From contig NC_042998.1 in assembly GCF_006345805.1 (NCBI RefSeq), positions 184,140,001 to 184,204,000 on the forward strand: a DNA stretch of 64,000 nucleotides. The letters run 5' to 3'. A program made the translations under genes and the position numbers. Shown here in pieces: positions 36,400 through 49,389 of this stretch; positions within the stretch are counted from its first letter, which is position 1, and the number at the start of each line of letters is the position of its first letter. The notes beneath the pieces are model-generated. The model was not told where the DNA came from. It searched no databases and saw nothing but the letters and a program-made list of their open reading frames with translations. Origin of the DNA: Octopus sinensis (taxonomy: Eukaryota).

Positions 36400-38022
36400 T
36401 ACTCTTTCTATTGCCAGCTACTTAACAGCTTAACAGAGTGCACAAGGTGTATTTTCATGATACCAACATGTTGAATGAAGGGACTCCAGAATTCCAGGCA
36501 TTCTCTGTTCAGTTTGCCAACCACTTTTTGGTATATACTTCCTTTTACACCAGCTTTCTATTTTCTTCCAGTACTGTCTCAACAATGGTGCTACTCCGGA
36601 GCAGTGGAAAACTGCCAGTGTCATTCCTCTGTTCAAAAAGGGCGACCGCACATCACCTGTCAACTATCGCCCAGTCAGTCTCACTAGCTGTATTGCAAAA
36701 CTGATGGAATCGTGTGTCAGAGAAACACTCTGGAACTTCTGGAGCTCTCACAGTCTCATCCGACCCTCACAATATGGATTTGTCCCTAACTCCAGCTGCA
36801 GTGATCAGCTGTCGAGTTCCTTGAGGACATTACTCAGATCACTGACATGGCTCATGGGAGGATGTTGTCTACCTTGACTTTGCTAAGGCTTTCAACTCTG
36901 TGCCACACAAAAGGCTTATGGTGAAACTCTCTGCAATGGGTGTGAGGGATGACCTTTTTAACTGGTTGAAATCCTTCATTCTCAGCTGAAAGGAGGTAGT
37001 CACAGTTCTAGGACAGCATTCTACACCATATGAGATGTCATCGGTGTACCACAGGGATCTGTCCTTGGTCCCCTCTTGTTTGTGGCATACATTAATGACA
37101 AGATGCCAATTTAAAGAATGCCACAGTATTGAAATATGCAGATGACATCAAGCTGTACCTTGAAATCAAGAGGACAGATCCTGATGTCTACAACTCTTTC
37201 CTGCAATCAGACCTAGACACAATGCAGCAATGATCACAGACTGGCAACTGAAACTGGCTGTGGACAAGTGTACCACCATGCATTTTGGGAGAAAAAACCC
37301 TGCATCCACATACTCCCTCCACAACACTGATATCAAGATATCTTCTTGCGAGCATAATCTAGGCATCACTATCAGCAGTGATTTGCATTGGACAAAGCAT
37401 ATCTCTAAAATTGTCAAGAAGGCCGAGGGTGTCTTGGCATCACTCAGCAAGACTTTTGTTAGCCGCTCTCCAGCCATCTATTTAAAACTGTATACAGCTA
37501 TGGTACGACCACACTTGGAATTCGCATCATCAGTTTGGAACCCCTATCTTGCTCAGAACATTGACCTCCTGGAATCTGTCCAGAGACATACAACCAAACG
37601 CATACCCTCCATCAGACACCTACCATATTCTGAGCGCCTTGTTTCCCTGGGCATGGATTCACTGAAGCTCCGGCGTCTGGCGACGGACTTGATAAACACC
37701 CACAAAGTTATCAACCACCTCACCAACAACAACACTGAACACCTTTTTGATTTCCATGTGTCTAACACATGTGGACATGCCTACAAAGTCAGAAAACAAC
37801 ACAGCTCCCATGACTTTCGGAAACATTTTTTCACGCTCAGAGTTGCTGAAGCATGGAATAAACTGCCTGCATCAGTTGTTGACTGCCATGACACTGCATC
37901 CTTTAAGGACCTCATGCTTTCCGAAATCCGCCGAAACTACACCTGATTATATATACACTTTAGATGAGTTATAGTGCACCTGAGCACTGTACACAATTAT
38001 TATTATTATTATTATTATTATT
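36400..38022 (+). mobile_element. CR1-like LINE, 5'-truncated, RT plus C-terminus plus (ATT)n tail
   Basis: PLFKKGDRTSPVNYRPVSLTSC, YLDFAKAFNSVPH, PQGSVLGPLLF, KYADDIKLY, MVRPHLEFASSVWNP; ORF 37230-37946. Confidence 0.9.
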
Positions 38023-38065
38023 AATACTTTACTCCACCTTTGTGGAGTAAGAAGTGGAGGCATTA

Positions 38066-38504
38066 CTGGAAATCCTCGAGCATAATCTGCATTTTTTTCC
38101 CAAAATTTAAAGGTCAAAATCCCTAGTGCGTACTATATATGAAGTTAAAAATGAAAATTATTTTCTAAGCAATGTTTAATTCTCTATTTGCTGTCTGGCA
38201 ATGTTTATTCAGATGCATTTTGTGATGTCGGGCGTGAAAATACCTTAAGCTAAGCAATGAAGTCATAAAAGAATCATCCATAACTTGCAGTAAGCAATAT
38301 TTATTAAACATTATTACTGTTATTTTTTTATTTTCTGCAAACAAAATGCACAAAAAAGCTACACGTTTGCATTATATTATATGTACAATAATAATAAAGG
38401 ACGTTACCATATACATTTTTACAAACCAAGGACGTTATATAGACTCAAGTTAGAGAAGGGGTGCATATTATACTCAAGGGCGGACTATACTCAAGGATTT
38501 ACGG
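38066..38504. mobile_element. Tc1/mariner/pogo-type MITE
   Basis: Terminal inverted repeats tactggaaatcctcgagcataa and taccgtaaatccttgagtatag (reverse complement), 17/22 identical including the TA at 38064-38065 and 38505-38506. Confidence 0.65.
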
Positions 38505-38911
38505 TATATCAAATGTTAAAAAACTGGAATATTATTATAAAATGCCATTTTATATTGTGTTTGTATTCTATAAGAATCAATTTTACTTTCAATATTTCTT
38601 AAACTGTCCATTGTTTATAAAATATATACTAACACGTATATATATCTGTATTGATTCAATAAATGATAATCTTTGTATGAAGATGTGCAGCTTTGTGCTG
38701 AAATAAAGAATCATTATTACAACAAAATGGATTGGCAGAACCAGTAGAGCATTATAAAATATGCTTTGTGGCATTTAGTCTACCCCTTTGATACCAGATT
38801 CCTGGAGACCACACTCAGTTCTACGATACAAACATACTTTTGATCTAAATTTAAATCTACCATCCAAAATTTCATGTTAAATTATGTTCTAAACATTGAT
38901 TATTTTGTTAA

Positions 38912-39018
38912 CCTTTAACACACTGCATTTTCTCTAGAGCTGCTTCCCCTGCCACTGTATTGTTACTACAGGGGAGAAACTCATATGGTGACATGATGCA
39001 CCTGCAGTGTGCAAAAGA
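38912..39018. mobile_element. Small piggyBac-like MITE
   Basis: TTAA at 38908-38911 and 39019-39022; inverted ends cctttaacacactgca and tcttttgcacactgca (reverse complement). Confidence 0.5.
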
Positions 39019-39407
39019 TTAAATTTGTCATCATTTTCAAAATCAGTTGAAGCAAAGGTAGCATATTTCAACAGAAATATGGTACATTCTGAGTTCATGT
39101 CCCACTGAGATTGATTTTGTCTTTTATCCTTCTGGATTTGATAAAATAAATGTCAATAAGGTATTGGGGTGATGCAATTGATTATATCACTCCTGACTAA
39201 ATGAGAGACCTTGGGTCAATGTAAGAAATTGATATTGCAGCAATGTGTCATGCTGACCAAATTAAAGAATTCAGATTTTCAGATTCAGCATCAATGAATT
39301 TCCTCAGTTCCTTGGTCAGCTCCTGGTACTTTTCAGTCCTTTGTTTTATTCGAAGGGTGTGACATACATTGCTGTTCCTTGCTGTCATGATCATATTATA
39401 ATCATGT

Positions 39408-39592
39408 GAACACAGGCATGGCTGTGTGGGTAAGAAGCTTACTTTGCAACCTTGTGGTTTTGGGTTCAGTCTCACTGCATAGCATTTTGGGTGAGTATCT
39501 TCTAAGGCCCTGGGCCTACCAATGCCTTATGAGAGAACTCGGCAGACAGAAACTATGTAGAAGCTTGTCATTTATGTGTGTGTGTGTGTGTG

Positions 39593-39628
<36 letters not shown>

Positions 39629-41020
39629 AGAGTGTGGTGAATAAACTGTTGTCTAAATTATGCAAAAAGAAAATAACATTGACATCTCATTTTAACAGAT
39701 ATATTAAGCAAAATTACATAAAAATATCTTGAAATACTAAAGAGTAAATTTATTCCATAAAATCACCTTTGGCTTCAACCATGGCCTCCAGACAACTTCG
39801 GAATCTCCTGCAACTCTTCTGGATGGTCTCCTTGTTTAAGTTGGTGAATGCTGCCATAACACTTACCTTCAGTTCATCTTTGGTGTTCAACTGCACCCCA
39901 CGGGGAGTTAGGTGGCCAGATGTTAGGGGTGATGTGGGCACAGAAATTGTCTGACAGCCATGACTGCGTTCTTCTGCTTGTGTGGCATGGTGTAGAGTCC
40001 TCTTGCCAGACATAGGGTCTTCCAGCAGCCACCCAATTCACCCATGGCAGCACTACCTCCTCCTGGCACTTGATGTAGGCCTCCGTGTAGGAAGATGAAT
40101 GGAGGCATAACATCACCATCATTAATGATCACTCCAAACACCATACTGTTGACTGGATGCTTGTTGTGTGTGTTCACCATCTGATCCTGGCAGAAATTTT
40201 TCTCGTTTGAGAAAAACCAAATCATGTTCAGTTGGAGGGGATGCTTGAGTTTGTTCAAAAGCTTTGCAGGGCAGTCTTTCCTTGATGGCTTGGGATAAAA
40301 ATTGACCCTTTCTTATTTTGTATGAGGAATAATGAATGTCTTCATGCACTACCTGCCTGATGAGAAACTCAGACACTTTCATGTTCCTGGCAATGGACCT
40401 GATTGACTTGGAGGGATTGTTGTCAATCATGGCCTGGATCTCACCAACAAATTCAGGAGTTCGTTTCTTATCAGAATGAGTTTTCTGAGCTGCTGTACCT
40501 TTGTAATCACCATTAAACTCATCCTACTCTTTCCGAATCCCCTGCGCTGTCTTCAGGTTGATACCCAAACACTTTGAAATGTTCACATTGGAACTTCTAG
40601 CATGAAAGCCAAGCAGCACAGCATGTTGTTTCCAAATTTCTGGCAGAGTGAATTGTATCATGGTGCTGTTTTTCTCACAGATGGTGCCCAACTGACCCTA
40701 CTATACTGTGTAGTTGACAAAATCAAAAACAAACAATGCACATGTGGGAAATTAAAAATACGAAATGGGGACAATTAACCCATTACACCTTGTATGTGTG
40801 TGTGTGTGTTGTTTGATTTGTGTTTGTCCCCACTTACTCCACCACTTGACAAATAGCATTGGTACTTACATCTCTGTAACTTAGTGGTTTGACAAAAGAG
40901 ACCAATAAAATAAGTACCAGACTTTAAAATAAGTCTTGGTGTTGATTTATCTAATTAAAACCTTTCAAGACTGGAACCCAGCATGACTAAAGTCCAGTGG
41001 CTAAAACAAAGACAAAAGAT
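39408..41020 (+). mobile_element. Degenerate CORE-type SINE split by a maT transposon
   Basis: 5' half 39408-39625 ends in (TG)n; 3' half resumes in (TG)n at 40795 (acttgacaaatagc...aagagaccaataaaataagtacc). Confidence 0.7.
39628..40792 (-). mobile_element. maT (DD37D-like, IS630-Tc1-mariner superfamily) transposon relic
   Basis: Transposase remnants from ATG near 40661 to stop at 39750: PSKSIRSIARNM, WFFSNEKNF, GRPYVWQEDSTPCHTS, WPPNSP; degenerate TIRs (16/24 including the TA) with TA at 39626-39627 and 40793-40794. Confidence 0.85.
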
Positions 41021-41719
41021 ATCTGAATTCTGCCCCCTATTATATGATTAAATTTTCTAGGGTCTTACAGTTTCTTTAATTGCCAGCTATTGGTTGATAT
41101 TAATCCACCATTTTCTATTAAGCAACTTGTGCAGTTTTTCTTTAACTCATCATGTCTTCCTTTATAATCTTTTTATCCCATTTTGCTACATTCATTTACA
41201 AACTAGAAGATGATTGACACCTTCTGTACTTGAAACACTTAATAACCAACTGAATTCTGCCCATGTTTGTTTTAACAAGATACATTCTAATCATTTGTTT
41301 TTGCACTGTCACAATAAGGGTTTTTGCTTTCTTTAATCTATGCACTTTCAGTCAAAATTATTGTTTTCCTCCAGCTATGCTTCTTCTTGACTGACAATTA
41401 ACAATATAGTATTTTTCTTTCCAGTTTTTAATTCTCTTCATTTTCTTATTTTCACTTTTGTAACTTTTCCTTTAATTTCTGTTCCAATGTATTTGCTATA
41501 TTATCTTCATTTCCTTTTTTTTTATTATATACCCTTCTAAACCTATAATTTCCGAATGAAATGTGTTCTGTTATATTGAGTAGCTCTCTTCTAATCTGAT
41601 TTTCTTGAAATATGCAATCTACCAACACTACACTGTGAACGTATCTTCCGACATTGTTGATAACTCCTTTATATTCTGACCTTTTAATGCTTTCATATAT
41701 CTTCTTCTTATTATTGTTG

Positions 41720-42130
41720 CTCCTAAGGTGGCAAGTAGGCAGAATTGTAAGAACACCAGACTTTTCATGTTCTGAGTTCAAATTCTAATGAAGTTGACTT
41801 TGCCTTTCACCCTTTCAGGATCGATAAAATAAGTATCAGTTGAGTATTGGGGAAGATGTAATTGACTAGCTCCCACCCCCTGAACTTGCTGGCTTTGTGC
41901 CAAAATTTGAAACCATTTTTATTGTTGCTGTTATTGTAGCAGAAGAATTGTTAGCATGTTGGACAAAATGGCATTTCCTCTGACTCTACATTCTAAGTCC
42001 AAATTCTGAACTTTGCCTATCATCCTTTTGACACCAATAAAATAAGTACCGGTTAAGTACTGGGGTTGATGTAATCAACTAAACCCCATTTCTCTTTATT
42101 TTGCTGGCTTTGTGTCAAAATTTGAAACCA
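41720..42130 (+). mobile_element. Two adjacent degenerate type-B-like SINEs
   Basis: ggtggcaagtaggcagaattgt...ttctgagttcaaatt...ctttgcctttcaccctttcaggatcgataaaat, repeated in degenerate form. Confidence 0.6.
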
Positions 42131-42454
42131 TTATTGTAAAGGTATTGGAGTGGCAGAAATATCAAAGTGTCAGAATACATGTCGTACAGTACTTTGTTTT
42201 TGTCCATCTAAGAACTGCTGTTAATTCCTTCTGGACCGATCAATGTCAGTACTAGTCATGCTTTGGGCTGACTCTAGTAACTATGCTCCTGTCCTCCAAT
42301 CAGTTGCTTTGTCTTAAAGCTAGCATTCATTATAGCTTTTGCTGTAATTGAGCAACCAAGAGCAGAAACAAGCAGGATCACAATGGATAGAATGCCTTGC
42401 AATATTTTAGCCCACTTATGCGTACCTTTTCCTTCTTTGGACACTAAAACTCTG

Positions 42455-43075
42455 CTCACGAAGACCTGTTGAGGCAAGTGAAATCAAAATCAAATTCGAT
42501 GACTGGCGTCCGTGCTAGCGGGGTGCAAAGAGCACCATGCGAGTGTGATCATTGACAGAGCAGCTAACCGGATTCCGTGCCAGTGGCACTTAAAAGGCAC
42601 CATTCGAGTGTGATTGTTACCAGCGTCGCTGTACTGGCACTCAAGCCCCATGCTAGTAGGGTATTAAGAGCACCATCTGAGCATGATTGTTACCAGCATC
42701 GCCTTAAAGAGCACCATCCAAGCGTGATCGTTGCCAGAGTGGCTATCTGGCCTCCGTGCTGGTGGCACGTAAAAGACACCATTCGAGCGTGATCGTTACC
42801 AACATCACCTTACTGGCACCTGTGCTGGTGGCATGTGTAAAAGATTCGAGCGTGCCCATTGCCAGTACCGCCTGACTGGCCCCATGCCGATGGCATGTAA
42901 AAGAACCCACTACACTCTCGGAGTGGTTGACATTAGGAAGGGCATCCAGCTGTAGAAACTCTGCCAGATCAAGATTGAAGCCTGGTGCAGCCATCTGGTT
43001 CACCAGCCCTCAGTCAAATCGTTCAACCCATGCTAGCATGGAAAGCGGACGTTAGATGATGATGATGATGATGAT
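42455..43075 (+). mobile_element. RTE-family 3' UTR copy with an expanded minisatellite (about 7 units)
   Basis: Repeated cgtgc..gtggcacgtaaaagcaccattcgagcgtgatcgtt units followed by the common tail and (GAT)n. Confidence 0.85.
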
Positions 43076-44657
43076 CTTTATATTCTGAGCTTAATGCTAC
43101 TAGGTTCAAGAGTGTGTAATAAGAAAAATAGAGGGGTGGTGGGAGAGAATCTTAAATAACAAATACACTGAAACAGAAAGCAAGGAATTTTAAACAAAAA
43201 TAAACAAAAAAAAAAAAACAAAAGACTGAAAGAATGAAAAACTGGAAAGAAAAATGCTGTATTGCTAATTTACAAATTATCATTGCTGTGTGATTAAAAG
43301 TTTTGCTTAGTTTTGAGTTCAGTCCCACCATACAGCACCTTGGGCAAGTGTTTTCAATTATGGCTCCAGGTCAAATAAATCCTTGTTAGTCTCACCAATA
43401 GAGAAAGAGCCAGTTTCCAACCTCGATCCAAAGCTTCTTCATTGGAACTTCAATAACTCTGTTTACACTTGACATGTGTGTGTATATATATATAGTAAAA
43501 GCAATTAAGATTTAAGTGAGTTCTGTTGAATTCACATGAATGCGGTACTTAACTTAGATGCACCAGAAATCTATATGGTATTAACCATAAGATAATGCGG
43601 GGTGATTATAAACAAGAAAAAAGCAACAAAAATGGATCAATATTTCGGTACAATTGTTTCGTACGAAGACCACCTTTATTAAGGCTGCAAATATTGAAGC
43701 AAATACATATATATATAGGCAAATTTGTTGTTGGAAATGCACCTAAATTTGGAAAACTTGTAATTGTTTAAAATACATTTATTTACATATATACCAAACT
43801 AGTGTGAACAATATTTTTTGTTTATCAATGGTAAAAGTTTTAAATTATGAATTAGAGAAAGATGTTTAAAAGTTTCAAAGTTGCAAATTAAAATGTTCAT
43901 AACAGACAAATTTAGAATTATGAGTTAGGAGGACAGGTACAGGAATTTCAGTATATATACATTGAGAGAGAGAGGGGAGAAATAGATAGACAGACAGATA
44001 GATAGATAAATAGATAGACAGACAAAGAGATTGATAGATATACATATATATATATACAAGTGTGTGTATATATACATCAAACACACACACACACACATAT
44101 ATACATACATATATAAATATATATATTGTTATAGATTGAGATAATCTGTCAACTAACAGTATAAACATTTTACATTGCCACTTTATTTTTCCCAATTAGT
44201 GCATTCAACTTTGCTATATATCATCTTAAAAGGCTGGAATAAAAAGCGCTGAATAAGGAAGGCCTACAAATGTCATGGCTATACCCATCTCGAAGTACTT
44301 AGAAATAGAGAATACTTTAAGTTGGATAATGGATCTTTCCAAGCATAAATTGAAAACAGATCCTTGTTTTTAAAGAACTTTCTGTTTAGTACAACGGAAT
44401 TTGTCACTTAGCTCGTTGAAATATCAAATGCAGCTTTTCAGTTTATGTCTTCTGTTCAATATATAAGTGTTCTGTATTTAATCTCCACTTCAGCTCCTGT
44501 TTATAAATATTTGTGGCATTAAATTAAAGGTTGGTTAATGCAGTTGACATTTTTCAAACTCAGTGTTTTTTTTTTCCATTTTCTAAACCAGGTAGAAATA
44601 AAAAAAAAATCTTTTTTTTTCAAATTCAAGAAATTTGTTTGTAGTTAAAGGAGTTGG

Positions 44658-44760
<103 letters not shown>

Positions 44761-45537
44761 TAATGTGTGGGGTGTGTGGGAGTGTGGGGGGGTGTTGTTT
44801 GGTTAGTAAAACTAATTGAAAAATGTGGTAAAAGAAAATCTGAAGAGCAAGTCAGTGGGAGTGGTGAAAATTGAGAAGAAAAAGGAGGGGCAGTAGCAGC
44901 AGCAGTAGATGAATAAGAAGAAGAAGAAGAAGAAGAAGAAGTGGGAGGAGGAGATAATGATTATAATTGCCAATGTTGATGATGATGATGATTACAATGT
45001 TGATGATGATGATGATGATGATGATAATGCGGAGGAGGAGAATGGGAAGGATGAGGGTGAGGATGACAATGAGTAAGATGTTAACAACAACAACAACAAC
45101 AACAACATTCATACAGAGCAGAAGAAAAAAGCAAAACTATAAGAAAATTGAAGATGATAATATAGGAAGAAGTTTCCAGAAACATAGTCTTTGATACATA
45201 AACTTGCAGATCAATCGAAGAATTTTGTGTAAGGCAAGCAATCATTTTTAGAAAATAAAAGAGCAAAGGAAACTAAATATTTCATATTAATAAAGTTATC
45301 GGACTGAATACATTTCCAAATGCTATTTCAGCTGTTTTGGGGAGAGAATATTCAATAATAGAAAAAAAGTAGGTGAATTGACCTTTATAGACAAAATAAA
45401 TCATCTTAGCTAAAAAATATTATGAATGTTTTCTATGAATTGACAATAACTGAAATAAAAGTAACAGATTTTCCATCCAATATATTTCGTTGGTAACAAA
45501 ATGAAGTGAAATCACACACGCACACACACACACACAC

Positions 45538-45572
<35 letters not shown>

Positions 45573-45962
45573 TCATATATATATATATGTGTGTGTAAAT
45601 ATGTATGATTTTTCTTTGAGCTTTATTTAATTCCTTGAGAGAGTTCAAACCAGTCGCTGACACAATGATAAGATTGTTTGAGTTAAGAGAGTTCTCGGTG
45701 CTTGTAAATATGTAGTTGAGTCGCTGTGTTCGTTGAGCTGTTGGTGCATACACCCATGTGTGTGCATCTGTTCATTCACATAAGAATCTCAGATGGGGAA
45801 TTTTTGGAATGTCTTACAAATCTTCGCTGTATCACTAATAGACTTGATCTGGAGAATCTGCATCAGTTTCTTTTGCTCTTTCTTCATGAAACCAAATATT
45901 TCTAAATTTTTGTGGGAATTTTCTGGTACCTGTGTATGTATGTCTCTTCTGTTTTTCAATTA

Positions 45963-46353
45963 CTAGCAGTATCGCCCAGCGTTGCTCGGGTTTGTTTTGA
46001 CCCTTTCGAATTGGAATTTTTGAAAAAGTCAAAATTTTGCATTATGTAGCTTGTTATTCTCTTTAAGTGAACATTTTTCTGGTTGAAATACACCAAAAAT
46101 GGTGACACAGCAGTCAAAAAAATCGTAAAAAATAGGGATTTTCATAGAAAAAAAGCACCTTTTTGGTGTAAATAATTTTTGGTGTTAACATGGTCCAATT
46201 TGAATTTTATCTTCTACAGAATAAAGAGCAAGCCTTCTTCTATCATACCCTCAATTTTGGTCAACTTGTGCATCAGGCTCTCAGAGGAGATAGTGTTAGT
46301 TGAAGGCTACCAAACCTGCCACACACAGACAACTTCAGCTTTATATATATAGA
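45963..46353 (-). mobile_element. Non-autonomous Helitron (391 bp)
   Basis: Minus strand starts TC (tctatatatataaagctgaag), ends CTAG, has a subterminal GC hairpin cccgagc-aac-gctggg, sits between A and T, and has no TSD. Confidence 0.75.
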
Positions 46354-47174
46354 TTATAAAACTTCCACTGAGACAGGAGCTGGTTTCCATCAAAGATACA
46401 AGACTCCATCTTTGGGATGTAATTATGTATGTATGTATGTGTGTGTGCGTGCATGCATGTGTATGTATGTATGTATGTATGTATGTATGTATGTATGTAT
46501 GTATGTATGTATGTATGTATGTATATGGCCATCATTGCCAATTAGCACCAATCAGAAGGAAACGATACATCATGTGAACTTCATAAGAAAAATATGTGAA
46601 CTTCCAGAATAAATGAGAGAAACCAGTAGTTGATTAGTTAAAAGTATACATATTGTCTTATTCATAAAGTTGACTATTCTATTGCTTAAAGTTTGTGGCC
46701 AGAGAGGTATTCATCCGATAGCATAACATAAAAGAATCTTTCTTCTATGATAAGAGAATTATTCATGGCATTCTTTGACATGTTTATGCCTAGTAGATAA
46801 ATTTGGTTCAATTTTGTTGTTGCAATTTGCTTGACAGAATTTGTTTTTGTGGTAGCACTTTGACATTATTTCTGACATTTTGTTTAAAGTATGAGAATGT
46901 TTGGTTAAAATATGGTTTTTCTCTGAAGTGCAAAGTTGTCATTGCTTTGCTCCATTTATGTAGGTCATGTTGTTTTGAGAAAAGATTTATTGATGCTTAA
47001 TTGTTCAAACAATTATCCTTTCATGTGCCATGTCTGGATATAATTAAGGTATTTCTCATTTTGTCATTTCTGAATGCATACTTAGAATTGAGGAAAAGAT
47101 TTTTTAAATGAACAAAAGCTTTGTGTCATCCATAGAGCTCTTATTTATATTTTTATTAATACATATCTTTGCAG

Positions 47175-47307
47175 GCCAACTATGACTGGTGTGCTTGATG
47201 TCACTGATGCCCAGCCTGCAAGCAACAGTGATATCAAACACACACCTACAAGAAAACCACGAAGTAGGAGTGAACCACAGTGGCCTGATAAGAATGGTTA
47301 CAACAAA
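47175..47307 (+). CDS. Candidate coding exon of an unidentified host gene (133 nt; PTMTGVLDVTDAQPASNSDIKHTPTRKPRSRSEPQWPDKNGYNK)
   Basis: Acceptor tttttattaatacatatctttgcag| and donor |gtaagc; exactly one open frame; non-repetitive, more balanced composition than the flanks. Confidence 0.5.
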
Positions 47308-47384
47308 GTAAGCTCTACCTAAGAATTATGTGGTGATGTTACAGTGGCTATTGCTACTTTATAATTCAGTCAGGTGTTGTTGTA

Positions 47385-47835
47385 ACAGGCAGCTGCACCA
47401 ATCTGATCTGGCAATGTTTCTACAGATGGATGCCCTTTCTAATGCCAACCACTCCGAGAGTGTATTGGATGCCTTTTATGTACCACTGGCATGGGAGCCA
47501 GTCAGGCGGCACTGGTACCGACCACTTTCAGATGGTGCTTTTTACATGCCACCAGCATTGGAGCCAGTCAGGCAGCACTGGCCACAGCTATGATTTCGAT
47601 TTTACTTGACTCAGTAGGTCTTCTCAAGCATATCATATCGCATGACACTTCAAGGGTACTTTTAAATGGGCTGGTCACACAACACTGGCATAGGCCATAG
47701 CTGTGATCTCACTTTATTTGCTGGGTCTTCTAAATCACAGCATATCACCAAAGGTCTCGGTCTCTTGTCATTGCCTCTGTGAGGCCCAACGTTTGAAGGT
47801 CATGTTTCACCACCTCATCCCATGTCTTCCAGGGT
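47385..47835 (-). mobile_element. RTE-family 3' end (UTR plus last ORF2 codons)
   Basis: ctacagatggatgccctttctaatgccaaccac plus subunits, then catcccatgtcttccagggtttacctcttcc. Confidence 0.75.
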
Positions 47836-47862
47836 TTACCTCTTCCACAGGTTCCTTCCACA

Positions 47863-47902
<40 letters not shown>

Positions 47903-48689
47903 TATATATTGAAACAAAAGGGAGCTAACTCAGGGTGGCCAGTGTGCATGTATTTGAAAAGCAAAGATGAATAAGGATATATTCAATAACATGCAAGATG
48001 AATTCTTGATTCATTGAAATTATCTCCATTTCCATTGAAGATAGATTAATGGCTTGGTAGCAGTTAAGACCAACTTCCAAACATGAAGGGGAGATAATAT
48101 TAAGAATCAAGCATTATCTAAAATTATCATGCTATTAAAGAAAAGACTCAAATTGTCTGGAGACAAGAAGATAGCTGTCGGTATGTGTTTCTGCCTCAGA
48201 TGGTGTCATCAGCACAGCAGTTGCCTCGTGTGTTTCTGTAAAATTTCTGTCAAATGTTTTGCACAGCCTGATTAAACCTGAAACCACGTGCTCGCAAAGC
48301 AAACTACTTAACCGTACGATATGAAGTTACATAACTGTGAATTTGTGCATGATTCTCTGTGTGTGTGTGTATGTATGTGCTTATGTGTACATGTGTGTGT
48401 GTGTGTGTGCTTGTGTGTGTGTGTGTGTGTATATATCAAGCAGATTGATATGAATTGATCTGACAAACTGTGAATGGATTTAGTTTTGATCTCAATCCCA
48501 CCCTCACCCTACTACTGCAATTCAAGTTTTACTATCAAATGTAACTCCGAGAATCTGAGGAAAAGAAAGTCGGTAAATGGAAGAGACACGATGAAGAGAA
48601 AAACATGGTTGGTGGGGGGGAGGGCGGGGTGGGGCAAAGGAATTGATTCATTATTCTCGTTGTCATGGTTGTCATGGTCATCATCATCG

Positions 48690-48889
48690 TAATCATTATC
48701 ACTGTTGTTGCTATTGTTGTTTATGTCTTCTCAGTTTTGTCTGTCTGTCTGTCTGTCTTTTTCTCTCTACACCGCTCAGATCTCTTTCAATCTCTCAGTC
48801 TCTCTCTCTCTCCTTGCCTCTTTAGCTTAGCTCTTTCTCAGCTCTCACTCTTCCAACTCCTTTCTCCCTGTATCTCTCACCTTTCTGCA

Positions 48890-48931
<42 letters not shown>

Positions 48932-49354
48932 ACCCTATTTTTTTCCCTCTGCATCATTTTCATCTCTCTTTCCTTTCCATCACTCTCTCTATCTATTTCT
49001 TCGATGCCATGTGGGATGGAGAGGGAAGCATCAGGCAGCTGCAGGTGCAGACGAATGATTGATAAACCTGGATTATTTTCAGTAGTGGTAATGATGATGA
49101 TGATGAAGACGATGGCAGTGATGGCAGTGATGATGGTGGTGGTGGTGGTGGTGGTGGTGGTGGTTGGTGGTGGTGGTGGTGGTGGTGGTGGTGGTGGTGG
49201 TGGTGATGATGATAGTAATGAGATGGGTAGTGGTGGAAATAGTTGTAGTGGTATGTTGGTGATGGTGGTCGTGGGTTGGTCATGGTGATGGTATAGTAAT
49301 AGAATGGGGGGGGAAGAAGATATAGAGCTTGTGTGAGTTTTGTATGCGAGTGTG

Positions 49355-49389
<35 letters not shown>

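Noticed and set aside
42480-42900. CRISPR-like appearance of palindromic repeats
   Set aside because: The intervening sequences are homologous to each other rather than unique spacers, the array is inside an RTE 3' UTR, the context is eukaryotic, and no cas genes are present.
43495-43720. TA-flanked ~215-bp segment with tttcg, possibly a decayed hammerhead or pseudo-LTR
   Set aside because: The CUGANGA half would need at least three substitutions and helix II does not close, so it is not supportable.
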